Shown here: positions 47,762 to 57,772 of the stretch, piece after piece | Position numbering within the stretch: the stretch's first letter is position 1 | Layout of the letters: each line of letters starts with the position of its first letter | Origin: Lysobacterales bacterium | Lineage (GTDB): Bacteria > Pseudomonadota > Gammaproteobacteria > Xanthomonadales > SZUA-5 | DNA length: 64,000 nt | NCBI GenBank assembly: GCA_022844165.1 | Contig: JALHMH010000012.1 | Span: 56,056 to 120,055, forward strand | Direction of reading: 5' to 3' | Program-made: the position numbers and the translations under genes | The notes under the pieces: model-generated | Seen by the model: only the letters and a program-made list of their open reading frames with translations | The model's database searches: none | What the model was told of the DNA's origin: nothing

Positions 47762-48212
47762 AAGTGACAGTTGTGCAGTTGTCATTTATTGCGACGGTGC
47801 GTGTTCGGGCAACCCCGGGCCAGGCGCATGGGCAGCGCTGCTGATGTCTGGTGGGAAATCCCGCGAAATCTCCGGTTACGCTGCGGACACCACCAACAAT
47901 CGAATGGAGCTGATGGCCGCGATTGCCGGGCTCGAGGCGCTGAAGCGGCCGTGCTCAGTGCGCGTTTTCGCCGACTCGAAATACGTGTTGGACGGCATCC
48001 AGAGCTGGATGCCCAACTGGATTCGACGCGGATGGAAAACCGCGAGTGGCAAACCGGTCCTGAATCGCGATTTGTGGGAACGGCTTTGTGCTGCAGCCGC
48101 GAAGCACAACGTGAGTTGGTTCTGGGTTCGAGGACACAACGGCGATCAGTACAACGAGCATGTGGATCGCCTCGCGCAGAAAACACTCAGGGAAGCGCGA
48201 TGCGCCAGCTGA
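47751..48212 (+). CDS. rnhA: Ribonuclease HI
   Basis: IYCDGACSGNPGPG, TTNNRMEL, DSKYV, N-x-DLW, WVRGH..NEHVD. Confidence 0.97.
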   Translation: MSAESDSCAVVIYCDGACSGNPGPGAWAALLMSGGKSREISGYAADTTNNRMELMAAIAGLEALKRPCSVRVFADSKYVLDGIQSWMPNWIRRGWKTASGKPVLNRDLWERLCAAAAKHNVSWFWVRGHNGDQYNEHVDRLAQKTLREARCAS

Positions 48213-48907
48213 CGCTAGACACCGAAACCACCGGCATGGATGTTGGTGCCGGGCACCGCGTTATCGAGATTGGGTGTGTCGAAATCGTTGGCCGGGTCGT
48301 CACCGGGCGTTCGTTCCATCGCTATTTGAATCCCGGTCGAGAAAGCGAACCCGGTGCGCTGGCGGTGCATGGGCTAACGACGGAATTTCTCGCCGATAAG
48401 CCGTGTTTCGCCGATATCGTCGACGACTGGCTGGCGTTTATTGACGGGGCAGAAGTCCTTGCGCACAACGCCAGCTTCGATATCGGATTTCTTGAGAGCG
48501 AGCTCAGGTTAAGCGGTCGCGATGCCCGATTGCCGGACAGTTGCAACATCATCGACACCTTGAGTCTGGCGCGAGAGATGCATCCGGGGCAGCGCAACAG
48601 TCTCGATGCCCTGTGCAAACGCTATCAAGTCGATGCTTCGCAGCGGCATGTGCATGGCGCGCTTCTGGACGCGCGCCTGCTTGCCGATGTGTATTTGGCC
48701 ATGACCGCGGGTCAGGGAACCCTGGAACTGGCGCGTGCGCCGGATCGTGTGACGCTGCTCGATGTCGCGTTGAGCGACATCAAGGTGGTGCGTCGACAGT
48801 CTTCTGAAGCCGAGTTGGCGGCGCACGTTGAATATTTATCCTCGTTGGAGCAGCGTGCCGGGAAGCCGTCGATCTGGCGGACGCTGGCTTCTGCTGATGC
48901 CCCTTAA
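48200..48907 (+). CDS. dnaQ: DNA polymerase III epsilon subunit
   Basis: LDTETTG, HRVIEIG, AHNASFDIGF, NSLDALC, HGALLDA, MTAGQ. True start MRQLTL at 48200. Confidence 0.96.
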   Translation: MRQLTLDTETTGMDVGAGHRVIEIGCVEIVGRVVTGRSFHRYLNPGRESEPGALAVHGLTTEFLADKPCFADIVDDWLAFIDGAEVLAHNASFDIGFLESELRLSGRDARLPDSCNIIDTLSLAREMHPGQRNSLDALCKRYQVDASQRHVHGALLDARLLADVYLAMTAGQGTLELARAPDRVTLLDVALSDIKVVRRQSSEAELAAHVEYLSSLEQRAGKPSIWRTLASADAP

Positions 48908-48961
48908 CGCCGTTCCGCCGATGTAGACTTGTCGTGATGAGCCAGCGCCGCGAGGGGAATC

Positions 48962-49993
48962 TTGGAGTTTGATCAGCAAATGGCGGGCGACGCGATTGCA
49001 GCTAAAGCGAGGCGCATGCTCGCTCTCGCAGGGCCCGATCAGAACAAGCGCGCACGAGCAGGAGATTTGCTGAGAATCGCCAGCGAAATTTCGGGAACGG
49101 ACTACTATCTGCAGGACCTGGTCATTGATGACGGCGAAATCGACGTCAAAACACGAGAGTTAGCCGCGCACGAGGTGTACTCGCTGGCGCTCAGGCGTGT
49201 CAGCGAAGGCACAATGAAAACGCTGGAGGCGCCAAGGCCAGGGTGGATCCGGGGCGGTGATGACTTCGGCGTGCCGATCAATCCCGATGTAATCCACTCC
49301 GCCATCGCTTTGTACGATATCGCGCTCGGTCTGCATCGCAATGATGAGTGGTTGTACAGCAAGGCTTTTTTGCATGAACGCGTGCGCGACTACGCTGGCG
49401 CGGTGGCTATCTTTGAATCGCTGGGTGGCGATTTTGCGCTGTACGGTGCCGAACAAGCCCAGCGCTGTCGCGCGAAGGCCGATCACTCAGCCGCTGACTC
49501 CGCGTTTGACAACCTCGATCTTTCTGCAGCGAACTCTGGGTCGGCCGATATCGTGCGTGCAGTACGCACGCAGTTGAACGCAGCTTTAAGTAAGGTCTCT
49601 GATAAATCGCATGCAATTCAAGATTCGGTCTCGAGCATCGTCGAACGAACGGAGCAAGCGGCACAAATTGCGCAGCGATTTGCCGAACATCTGGCAGATG
49701 GCGACTATGTCGCGGCTCGTTCGCTATTGGCGCGCAATTTGCGTCGGCTTCACGCTGGAGAGCTAAAGGCGAACTTTGAGGCAATGATGGGAGGCAGCGC
49801 CGTTGGAACTGGCGATCCGGCCGATGTCTGTGTGATGGAAGCATCGTCGGATATGCCAGATCTTTCGCCGTACGACCTTGCCTGGGTCTATGTGACGATC
49901 AGCACGGACACCGCACACGAGGCAGTCACGGTGATTGTGACCCGCGAGCAGATCGGGCCACGCATCCGTCTTCTGGAGTGGGGTCGCCCCTAA
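48962..49993 (+). CDS. Hypothetical protein with TPR-like helices and a C-terminal alpha+beta domain ending EWGRP
   Basis: AIALYDIALGL..WLYSKAFLHERVRDYAGAVAIFESL is TPR-like. GAGGGG RBS before TTG. Confidence 0.65.
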   Translation: MEFDQQMAGDAIAAKARRMLALAGPDQNKRARAGDLLRIASEISGTDYYLQDLVIDDGEIDVKTRELAAHEVYSLALRRVSEGTMKTLEAPRPGWIRGGDDFGVPINPDVIHSAIALYDIALGLHRNDEWLYSKAFLHERVRDYAGAVAIFESLGGDFALYGAEQAQRCRAKADHSAADSAFDNLDLSAANSGSADIVRAVRTQLNAALSKVSDKSHAIQDSVSSIVERTEQAAQIAQRFAEHLADGDYVAARSLLARNLRRLHAGELKANFEAMMGGSAVGTGDPADVCVMEASSDMPDLSPYDLAWVYVTISTDTAHEAVTVIVTREQIGPRIRLLEWGRP

Positions 49994-50107
49994 CCCGGCG
50001 CTCACGCGATTGCGAATTGCTACATTTGGTCTGCCAGTCTTCGAGCGTTCCGTTTTTGTTGTTGCGTCGCCTAGAATGCGGTTCTTCGCGATAACGGATG
50101 CTGCTGC

Positions 50108-52729
50108 ATGAGTCGTGCTGGCGCCGCCATGGATTTCTTGCCGTTTTCGCGGCTGACTCAGTCGAGTATTGCGCCACGTGTGCGCAGCCTGCTGGAAGGC
50201 ACTTACCAGACGATCTGGCCGCAACTGGAAGCTGGGATCGACAAGGCTCTGACGGAACTCGATCAGGAATTATTCAAGCACGCGGAGCGTGCGCCGAACG
50301 TCAATGAGCAGAATCGTAGCTTCGAGGGATTGCGCGAGTTTCGGCGTCACCGTGGCGAGTTTCAAGCGCTGTTTCGTGATGCGATACAGCGGAATCTTTT
50401 GGCATTAGTTGATAGCAGCGTGCAAGATGAGTCGCTGCAACCGGTGAAACGAAAGGTGGAGTTGTCGCTTGTTGATGTCTCCGAGCTTGAAGAAGAGCTG
50501 GTGTTAAGTGAGATCGCCGCCAAAGCCGAGATTCGCGCAAGTGCGGGTCTGCAATATTTGGCCTATCGATTTGGTGTTATTGCCGGACGAGCGCCAGTGG
50601 AGCTGGAAAGTCTGCCGCTCGGGCCGCACAAGATTTGCGCCTCTTTGCGTTCTGCGGCGCGCAAATTTGAAGTGCCGGCTTCGCAAAAAGTGATGTTGTT
50701 TCGTCAGGTCGATCGAACCTTGTTCGCAGATCCTGTGCGCACCTACGAGTCGATCAATCGTCATCTCATCGAACATCGAGTTTTTGCCCGGCTGAATCTG
50801 GCGATGAAGCGGGCATCGGCAGTCGCCGCTTCGGACGCCAAATCCGTCCAAAAGACTGAGGCACCGAAACCAGAATTGCCCAAGTCCGATCCCGTCGCTG
50901 ATACGCAGCAGCCTGGGCAGGATTTGGCGAACCAGGCGCAACGGTACGCTCAGCCGCCGCCGATGGAGTCTCCCGGAAGTGATGCAGCGCCACAGGCGCG
51001 ATCCGCGGCGCTGATGCCCGGCGCGCCGCGGCCATCGTCGCCGCCGGCAGCCGCGCCGAACCTGGCACTGCCGCCGATGGATGGGCCTGCGGCTCAAGCC
51101 TATATGCAATCACTGCAGCATTCGTCCCGCGAGGCCTTCAGGGAACCCGCCCCCGTCGGCGACTCGCAACTCGACGCGCAGTTTTTTGCCACGTTGCGGG
51201 AATTGCTCGGTGGGCGGCGGCACTCACATGGTTCGCCTGAGACACACGCAGGCCCCGAGGCGCACGGGAGCGCGCGTCCAATTGCCGATACGCGCGACGT
51301 ACAGGCCATTCTGAGCGTGCTTCAGGCGCAGCCGGTTTCTCCAGTCATGGTCGGCGGCAAGTGGAGCAATCGCAGCATCGGACACATCAAACAGGACTTG
51401 ATGAATCAGCTGCGAACGATCAATGACGGTGCTCCACCGGTACTGAGTGGCGAGGACTCCGATACCGTCGACCTCGTGGGTTTCTTGTTCGATCACCTGC
51501 TCGCAGACTACCGCCCCAACAGCATGAGCCATAGCCTGATGAGCAGGCTACAGGTGCCATTGTTGAAGGTGGCATTGAAAGACAAGAGCTTTTTCACGCG
51601 GCGCAATCATCCGGCGCGACAATTATTGAATTCGATTGCTGAGACCAGCGCTTATTGGGTTGAGGATGAGGAACAGGATCGACCTGTCATCGAGAAAATG
51701 CAGATGGTGGTCGATCGCGTCATTAAAGAGTTCGATGACGATGTCGGTGTGTTTGAGCGGCTCTTCGATGATCTCGGCAAACACATGGGCAGTCTGCAGA
51801 AAAAAGCAGAAGTTGCTGAGCGTCGTCATGTGGAAGCGGCACGCGGACGTGAGAAGTTAGAACTTGCCCGGGCCGCTGCCCAAGAGGCTGTGCAGCAACG
51901 TATGTTCGAACGTGAGCCCCCGGATGCGGTTCGCGCGCTGCTGGAGACCGCCTGGACTGATTCGATTGCCTTGTCCCTGTTGCGTCAAGGCGTCGATAGT
52001 CCGAAGACACGCGAGCGACTGCAAATCGTCGATCAATTGGTATCTGTGTTTGCCGATAAGCGCACCGCAGATGCACAAAGACATGCGCTGGAGGATCTGC
52101 GAGCGCCGTTGGAGGAAGGTTTGGCGGCCGTTGGGTTTCACGAAGAAGCCATCGCCAAAACCTGGACAGACATCAGCCGCCTGGTGCAAGCGCCAGCAGA
52201 ACACGGGGAACAGGCGACACATTCCATCGTCGAGCTGATTAAGCAGAAGCCACGCCTCGGCGAGGAGGCCAGGAGCGGCGTGACGGTCATACCGTCCGAT
52301 GAAGAAAAGGCACAAATTGATTCGCCGCCTGCAACGGGCGCCGTTGCCAGCATCCTGCAAACTTTGCGCAAGCCAGATCGCCAGCCGGTGGGGCCCAAGG
52401 AGCAGGCGATGATCGAGCGCATCAAACAGATGCCGTTCGGAACCTGGTTTGAGTTTGAAGTCAATCAGCAAGGTGAGCGCGTGCGGCGCAAGCTGTGCTG
52501 GTTCAGCCCCGTTACGGGACGATGTTTGTTCCTGAACGCGCGGGGAGTCAAGGCCGAGGAACGCATGATCGACCAACTCGCGCGCGACATGCTGCGCGGC
52601 AGCGCAAGAGTGGCGGAAGAGGTCAAAGAAAATCTCATCGACCGCGCATGGAAGGGCATCATGGGCATGCTCAAGGGCGTGGTGAAATCCAAAGAAGCCG
52701 CCGCCGATGCGCCCGCAATCGTTCAGTGA
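50108..52729 (+). CDS. DUF1631 family protein
   Basis: ELSLVD..LEEEL, RLQVPLLKVALKDKSFF..HPARQLLN, C-terminal GTWFEF..RRKLCWFSPVTGRCLFLNARG. Confidence 0.85.
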   Translation: MSRAGAAMDFLPFSRLTQSSIAPRVRSLLEGTYQTIWPQLEAGIDKALTELDQELFKHAERAPNVNEQNRSFEGLREFRRHRGEFQALFRDAIQRNLLALVDSSVQDESLQPVKRKVELSLVDVSELEEELVLSEIAAKAEIRASAGLQYLAYRFGVIAGRAPVELESLPLGPHKICASLRSAARKFEVPASQKVMLFRQVDRTLFADPVRTYESINRHLIEHRVFARLNLAMKRASAVAASDAKSVQKTEAPKPELPKSDPVADTQQPGQDLANQAQRYAQPPPMESPGSDAAPQARSAALMPGAPRPSSPPAAAPNLALPPMDGPAAQAYMQSLQHSSREAFREPAPVGDSQLDAQFFATLRELLGGRRHSHGSPETHAGPEAHGSARPIADTRDVQAILSVLQAQPVSPVMVGGKWSNRSIGHIKQDLMNQLRTINDGAPPVLSGEDSDTVDLVGFLFDHLLADYRPNSMSHSLMSRLQVPLLKVALKDKSFFTRRNHPARQLLNSIAETSAYWVEDEEQDRPVIEKMQMVVDRVIKEFDDDVGVFERLFDDLGKHMGSLQKKAEVAERRHVEAARGREKLELARAAAQEAVQQRMFEREPPDAVRALLETAWTDSIALSLLRQGVDSPKTRERLQIVDQLVSVFADKRTADAQRHALEDLRAPLEEGLAAVGFHEEAIAKTWTDISRLVQAPAEHGEQATHSIVELIKQKPRLGEEARSGVTVIPSDEEKAQIDSPPATGAVASILQTLRKPDRQPVGPKEQAMIERIKQMPFGTWFEFEVNQQGERVRRKLCWFSPVTGRCLFLNARGVKAEERMIDQLARDMLRGSARVAEEVKENLIDRAWKGIMGMLKGVVKSKEAAADAPAIVQ

Positions 52730-52737
52730 GGTGAGAC

Positions 52738-53079
52738 ATGGTCAATAGGCGTTCAGTTCGCAAACGCGTCGGCGAAGCGATCATGATCAGCAACTCGATG
52801 ACTGGGGAGTCCTTAGGTCGCGTTGGCAACCTGTCCGTGGATGGCATGATGCTGATTACCAGCCACGACGTGCAGGACGAGTGCCTTTACCAGGTGCAGT
52901 TCCAGTTGCGCGATCGCGAAGGTCTGGCGCACAAACTGGAAGTCGGCATCCAGTGCTTGTGGAGCGAAGCCGCGCGTGTCGAGCGTACCTATTGGGTTGG
53001 ATGCAAGATCATTGATATCGGCGAATCCGAGCAGCGCCTGCTGGATGATTGGGTCGAACGAACCGCCGAAACCGTGTAA
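52738..53079 (+). CDS. Stand-alone PilZ domain protein
   Basis: RxxxR (RRSVRKR) and N-x-S-x-x-G (NLSVDG) c-di-GMP-binding motifs. Confidence 0.85.
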   Translation: MVNRRSVRKRVGEAIMISNSMTGESLGRVGNLSVDGMMLITSHDVQDECLYQVQFQLRDREGLAHKLEVGIQCLWSEAARVERTYWVGCKIIDIGESEQRLLDDWVERTAETV

Positions 53080-53224
53080 GCCTGAGGGCACGCGGGGGCG
53101 CGTTTTGCCGGTCGTTTTCGCAAGGCGGTCATAGAGATGTCCATCCTTTGAAATACTGATTGCGTCTGCGCGTCACGCGGCGCAAGTAACGTGCGTTCAT
53201 TCTCTGACGAATGGACGTCTCCCC

Positions 53225-54565
53225 ATGTTGCTCCGGTCTTTTCTTTTCTTGAGTGCGGTTGCGCTCGGTGCTGCGGCGGGTGCCCAGGAGCCTCTGCGAT
53301 TGCATGGATCCAATACCCTGGGTTCGAAACTTGCGCCGAGTCTTGCGGAAGCTTACGCCCGGGCGCGCGGATACGTCGGTGTCGAAGCCGTGGAGACCCA
53401 GGATCTGGAATTTCGGATCACAGGCAAAAGTACTGCTGGTGAGTTCGTGGGTGAAGTGCGTGCTCACGGTACGAATACCGGCTATGCAAACTTACTGTCG
53501 GGCGAGGCAGATGTCTGGATGGCATCCCGTGCGGCCAGTCAGGCGGAGATCGACGGCGCAGCGGCGATCGGCGACCTGGCGTCTGCCGAACAAGAGCATG
53601 TTGTGGCTCTCGATGGACTGGCAATCATCGTTCATCCGGACAATCCCATTGCGCGAATCGATGTTGCAAAGGTCCGCGATGCATTCGCCGGCCGGATCAG
53701 CAACTTCGCACAGCTGGGCGGCCCCAATCGCCCAATCGCGCTCTACGGCAGAGACGAAAAGTCGGGCACGTTCGACAGCTTCAAAGCCATGGTATTGGAC
53801 GGCGTCGCGATATCCGGAGCGGCGCAACGATTCGAATCCTCCAGCGAGCTGGAGTCGCGGGTCGCCAGCGACCCCAATGCCCTTGGGTTCGTCGGATTTT
53901 CCTATGTCAAGAACAGCAAGTCGGTTGCGGTATTCGCCGGATCGACGCTGCCGCTGAAACCGGACGCGCTTTCGGTCTCCACCGAGGACTATCTGCTGGC
54001 TCGGAGACTGTACTTTTACACCCGCCGCGATGCACCGCGTGCCGTCATTGACTTCATCGAATTCGTCCAGAGCGAAGCAGGGCAGGCCGTTGTGGCAAAG
54101 ACGGGTTTTGTTTCGCAGAACATTTTCCTTTCGCAGGTGGTGCCGCTTCCGGGCAATCCGGAGGGCTACTACGATGTCGTTGATCAAACCACGCGCCTTT
54201 CTTTGAACTTCCGTTTCCGGCCGAAGAGTTCCGTCCTCGACAGTCGCGCCTACCGCGATATCGATCGCCTTAGTGCATTCATGAAGGCTCAGGAGAACCA
54301 GGGCAAACAGCTGCGGTTGGCTGCTTTCGGGCTGCATGAATCGGGGGCGAAGATCATCACCTCTCTGACCGTGAACGATCGCGTCGACTTCCTGTCGCAA
54401 GTTTTGGCCGCAAAGGGAGTGCCGACCTACATGAGCCGAGCCTTTGTCGATGGAGTTGCCGTAGCGCCACTCGATCGGCCGGAAGCCCGTGCGCGCAACG
54501 AACGAGTCGAAGTGTGGTTGTACGACCCTCAGGCACCGGAGCGGAGCGGCGACGCGACCTTCTGA
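53225..54565 (+). CDS. PstS-like substrate-binding protein fused to an OmpA-like domain
   Basis: LHGSNTLG, MASR, VALDGLAIIVHP, YGRDEKSGT, RRLYFY, C-terminal LNFRF..RNERVEVWL. Confidence 0.85.
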   Translation: MLLRSFLFLSAVALGAAAGAQEPLRLHGSNTLGSKLAPSLAEAYARARGYVGVEAVETQDLEFRITGKSTAGEFVGEVRAHGTNTGYANLLSGEADVWMASRAASQAEIDGAAAIGDLASAEQEHVVALDGLAIIVHPDNPIARIDVAKVRDAFAGRISNFAQLGGPNRPIALYGRDEKSGTFDSFKAMVLDGVAISGAAQRFESSSELESRVASDPNALGFVGFSYVKNSKSVAVFAGSTLPLKPDALSVSTEDYLLARRLYFYTRRDAPRAVIDFIEFVQSEAGQAVVAKTGFVSQNIFLSQVVPLPGNPEGYYDVVDQTTRLSLNFRFRPKSSVLDSRAYRDIDRLSAFMKAQENQGKQLRLAAFGLHESGAKIITSLTVNDRVDFLSQVLAAKGVPTYMSRAFVDGVAVAPLDRPEARARNERVEVWLYDPQAPERSGDATF

Positions 54566-54688
54566 CGCAACCGCTTCATACCGCCGGCGCGAGCGTGTTG
54601 GCTTACCGCGCGCCGTGGACAACACGCGGCTTTTCTTTGGATCTTGGCAAGAGCAGACTGCACGCCCCGGTTTGTGGACTCATGGCTC

Positions 54689-55444
54689 ATGTCTGCGTTG
54701 TTTGATCTCACTGGAAAGACCGCTTTGATCACTGGTGCAAGCCGCGGGATTGGCGAGGCCATTGCAAGGCTGTTGGCTGCTCACGGGGCGCACGTCATCG
54801 TTACCAGCCGGAAAATCGATGGTTGCGAAACGGTCGCAGCTGAGATTCGAGCAGAGGGCGGAAAGGCGTTGGCGCTGGCCGCGCATATTGGCGAGCCGAG
54901 TGCGATAGACGCACTTTTTGCGACGCTCGATGAGCGTGGCATCGCCGCAGATATCCTGGTCAACAATGCAGCCGCTAATCCCTACTTTGGACCCATGTTG
55001 GACATGGGGTTGGACGCCTACGCGAAAACCGCGGATGTCAACATTCGCGGCTATTGGTACACCACGCAGCAAGCCGCCAGGCGCATGGCAAGCGGTGGCT
55101 CCATTGTCAACATCGCCAGTATCAACGCAAAACGCCCGGCGTTCGGTCAAGGTGTGTATTCGGTCACCAAAGCCGCGATCGTTTCCATGACCGCCGCGTG
55201 GGCGAAAGAACTGGCGAGCAAGAGTATTCGTGTCAACGCCGTATTGCCCGGTTTGACCGATACCAAATTCGCCAGCGCAATTACCCAGACGCCGCAGATG
55301 TTGAACATGATTCTGCCGCTCATCCCGCAGCGACGTGTCGCTCTACCGAACGAAATTGCGCCAGCGGTGCTGTACCTGGTCAGCCCGGCATCCAGCTATG
55401 TCACGGGCACGGATATCATCGTGGATGGTGGTTTTTTGGCCTGA
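54689..55444 (+). CDS. Short-chain dehydrogenase/reductase
   Basis: TGASRGIG, LVNNAA, catalytic YSVTK, RVNAVLPG. Confidence 0.92.
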   Translation: MSALFDLTGKTALITGASRGIGEAIARLLAAHGAHVIVTSRKIDGCETVAAEIRAEGGKALALAAHIGEPSAIDALFATLDERGIAADILVNNAAANPYFGPMLDMGLDAYAKTADVNIRGYWYTTQQAARRMASGGSIVNIASINAKRPAFGQGVYSVTKAAIVSMTAAWAKELASKSIRVNAVLPGLTDTKFASAITQTPQMLNMILPLIPQRRVALPNEIAPAVLYLVSPASSYVTGTDIIVDGGFLA

Positions 55445-55540
55445 TGGATCCGGTCGGTCTCGCCTCAGTCAGCCAGTGGCGCCTGAGCATTGCTTCTCAG
55501 GCGCAAGCGAAGCGTTGTTGGCTACGCGCGCATGTCTGCG

Positions 55541-56002
55541 TCAAATCCGCTGACAGCTGACGCGACCAAAAACACGCCAGTCTTCGCCCGCGGCAATCGC
55601 ATCTTCGATGTCCATGCCCGTTTCGGTCAGCGTATATCGCGTTCGGCCTGACATTTTTTCGTTGCTCCAGAGCGCTGTCAGGGTTTGCTCCGTCATTGAC
55701 GCTTCAATTTGGTGCTGCGAGCCCTGGCTATCGAACCACGTGCCGCTCAATTTGCCATCGACATCAACGTAATAGGCGTGACCCTCGAAGGTCTGCGAGC
55801 CGTCGTCGGTGCGCATGTCGTTGCGCCACATGAGGCGCACAAAGCGCTGCTCCAGCACCGGTTCCCAAACCATCGCGATCTGGGATTCGCGGCCATTGAC
55901 GCCACCCTGGCATTCCCATTGTCCAAACAACGGCTCAAAGGCACCGGCATCGCATGGGCCGGACATGAGTGTGGCAATCAAGAAGGCGGAGGGAACTCGC
56001 AT
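55541..56002 (-). CDS. Secreted beta-barrel hypothetical protein (DUF1579-like)
   Basis: GGAG RBS, signal peptide, LFGQWEC, GTWFDSQG. Confidence 0.6.
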   Translation of the reverse strand: MRVPSAFLIATLMSGPCDAGAFEPLFGQWECQGGVNGRESQIAMVWEPVLEQRFVRLMWRNDMRTDDGSQTFEGHAYYVDVDGKLSGTWFDSQGSQHQIEASMTEQTLTALWSNEKMSGRTRYTLTETGMDIEDAIAAGEDWRVFGRVSCQRI

Positions 56003-56030
56003 GGCCTTACTCCCAGGATGGCGATGAATA

Positions 56031-57737
56031 CTACTTCGGCAAAACTTTGATCGGTTGGCGCGCAATAACGCGTTCGGATTCATCGAGTACGTAGCGCAGC
56101 TCATAATTGCCAGGCTCGTCCGGGGCGGTCAATTGCACTTCGCTTTGACGTCCGGTAGGGCGCGCGTAGTCGCGATAGGCGCCAGCATCGCTGCCGACGG
56201 GCGCGAAACCAATCCAGTGACGACCGCCCGAAGGGCCTTCGGCATTGACGACGATGACAGCCCCAGCGGGCACTTCGCTCGGACCTTTGATGCTGGCTTC
56301 CGCTTCGGTTACGGTAATCGCGTGGCTATGCAGGACTTTTTCGGATTCATTGAGGACGAATCGGATCTCGTAGGCGCCCGGTTGCGCCGGTACGTGCAGG
56401 ATGGCCGTGGTCACTTCTCCGTCCGGACGCACATAATGTCGGTAGCTGCCGGGCGGTGAGCCGGCCGGTGCGAACCCTATCCAATGCGCCGGGTCGTTCG
56501 GGCCGCGGGCGCGCACGGTGATATCGCTGCCGGCTTCGGCACTGGCTGGCGCCTCGATCGCGCCGCTCGCCGGCAGCACCCGAATCGGCTTTGCGACCAG
56601 TACGCGCTCCGATTCGTTCAGCACATAACGCAGTTCGTAATCGCCTGGTTCGGCGGGTGCGGTCAGTTCAATGATCGAGGTGGTGCCTGTGGGTCTCTCG
56701 TAATCGCGGTACGTTCCGACCGGCGAGCCCTTCGGCGCAAATCCGATCCAATGTCGTGCATCGAACGGGCCCTTTGCTGTGACCGTGATTTTGGTCACCG
56801 CCATGACTTCGTCTGGCGCGACAATGCTTGCGTCAAGGTCGGTGATTTCGATGCTCTGTTTCGCAAGTGCGCTGGAGTTGCGCAAGGCACTGATATAGCG
56901 CAACTCGTACGCGCCGGGTTCAGCGGGTGCGGTGACGCCGACGCGCGGCTTGTCTGCCACCGCCCAGGCGTAGTCGAACTCGCGCCATGAGGAGCCGGCC
57001 TGCTGCACGATGGCCACGTAGTCGCCTTGATCGGCAGGTCCCGTCCATTCGATTTCAATCGGGCTCGAAATCGGCGCTGTGGTCGGCCCTTTGATCGTCG
57101 CCGTTGCTGGCGGAAGAGCAGGGCGGGTGCTGACTTTCGCCAGCGTCCCCAGTGCCGTCTTCAACTCGCCTGCGTCGCGTGCATTGAAGTAGCGGCCACC
57201 CGTCGTGTCGGCGAGGCATTTAAGCTGTGCTTGATGCGCGGGATTGGGCACATCGAAGCCAATCACATGTGCGGTGAAATCAACGCCCCGCTTCTCCAGT
57301 TCGGCGCCCACCTGGCAGGGATCCATCTCGCAGGTCTCTTCGCCGTCGGACACCAGAATCACAGTGGCTTTTTGTTCGCTCAGCTTGAGCTGCTCGGCAC
57401 CGTGGATGACGGCTGCCGAGAGCGGTGTCATGCCGAGCGCATTCAGGCCATTGACCCGGGCCATGAACATGCCAGGATCGAGCGGGCCATACGGGATCAG
57501 GGTTTCGATATCGGCGCAGTCGCCTTTGCGACGGTGGCCGTAAGCGACCAGACCCAGCGCGTCGTCGCCGGACCAGGTGCTTACCAGGTCTTTTACGGCA
57601 GCGCGTGCGATCTCCACCTTGCTGACACCACCGATCTGGCCCCACATGGAGCCGGAGGCATCCAAAACCAATACGACGTTATCCGCCAGAGCGATCGGCG
57701 AGCCCAGGAGGCCAGCGGTGAGAATCCACATGCGCAT
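56031..57737 (-). CDS. Secreted vWA-domain protein with four tandem Ig-like repeats
   Basis: MIDAS DASGSM, YGHRRKGDC, GMTPL, SDGEETC. Repeats WIGFAP.GS..G.YR.Y.RP.G...PG.YE.R.VL.ESE. Confidence 0.85.
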   Translation of the reverse strand: MRMWILTAGLLGSPIALADNVVLVLDASGSMWGQIGGVSKVEIARAAVKDLVSTWSGDDALGLVAYGHRRKGDCADIETLIPYGPLDPGMFMARVNGLNALGMTPLSAAVIHGAEQLKLSEQKATVILVSDGEETCEMDPCQVGAELEKRGVDFTAHVIGFDVPNPAHQAQLKCLADTTGGRYFNARDAGELKTALGTLAKVSTRPALPPATATIKGPTTAPISSPIEIEWTGPADQGDYVAIVQQAGSSWREFDYAWAVADKPRVGVTAPAEPGAYELRYISALRNSSALAKQSIEITDLDASIVAPDEVMAVTKITVTAKGPFDARHWIGFAPKGSPVGTYRDYERPTGTTSIIELTAPAEPGDYELRYVLNESERVLVAKPIRVLPASGAIEAPASAEAGSDITVRARGPNDPAHWIGFAPAGSPPGSYRHYVRPDGEVTTAILHVPAQPGAYEIRFVLNESEKVLHSHAITVTEAEASIKGPSEVPAGAVIVVNAEGPSGGRHWIGFAPVGSDAGAYRDYARPTGRQSEVQLTAPDEPGNYELRYVLDESERVIARQPIKVLPK

Positions 57738-57772
57738 GGTGTTTGGATTTTCCTTTGTCCGTAGCCTGGATG

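Noticed and set aside
47771-48199. Apparent 143-aa N-terminal extension of DnaQ overlapping rnhA
   Set aside because: Alternative frame of rnhA. DnaQ homology begins at MRQLTLDTET (48200).
53492-54625. 377-aa minus-strand ORF
   Set aside because: Antisense shadow of the PstS-OmpA gene.
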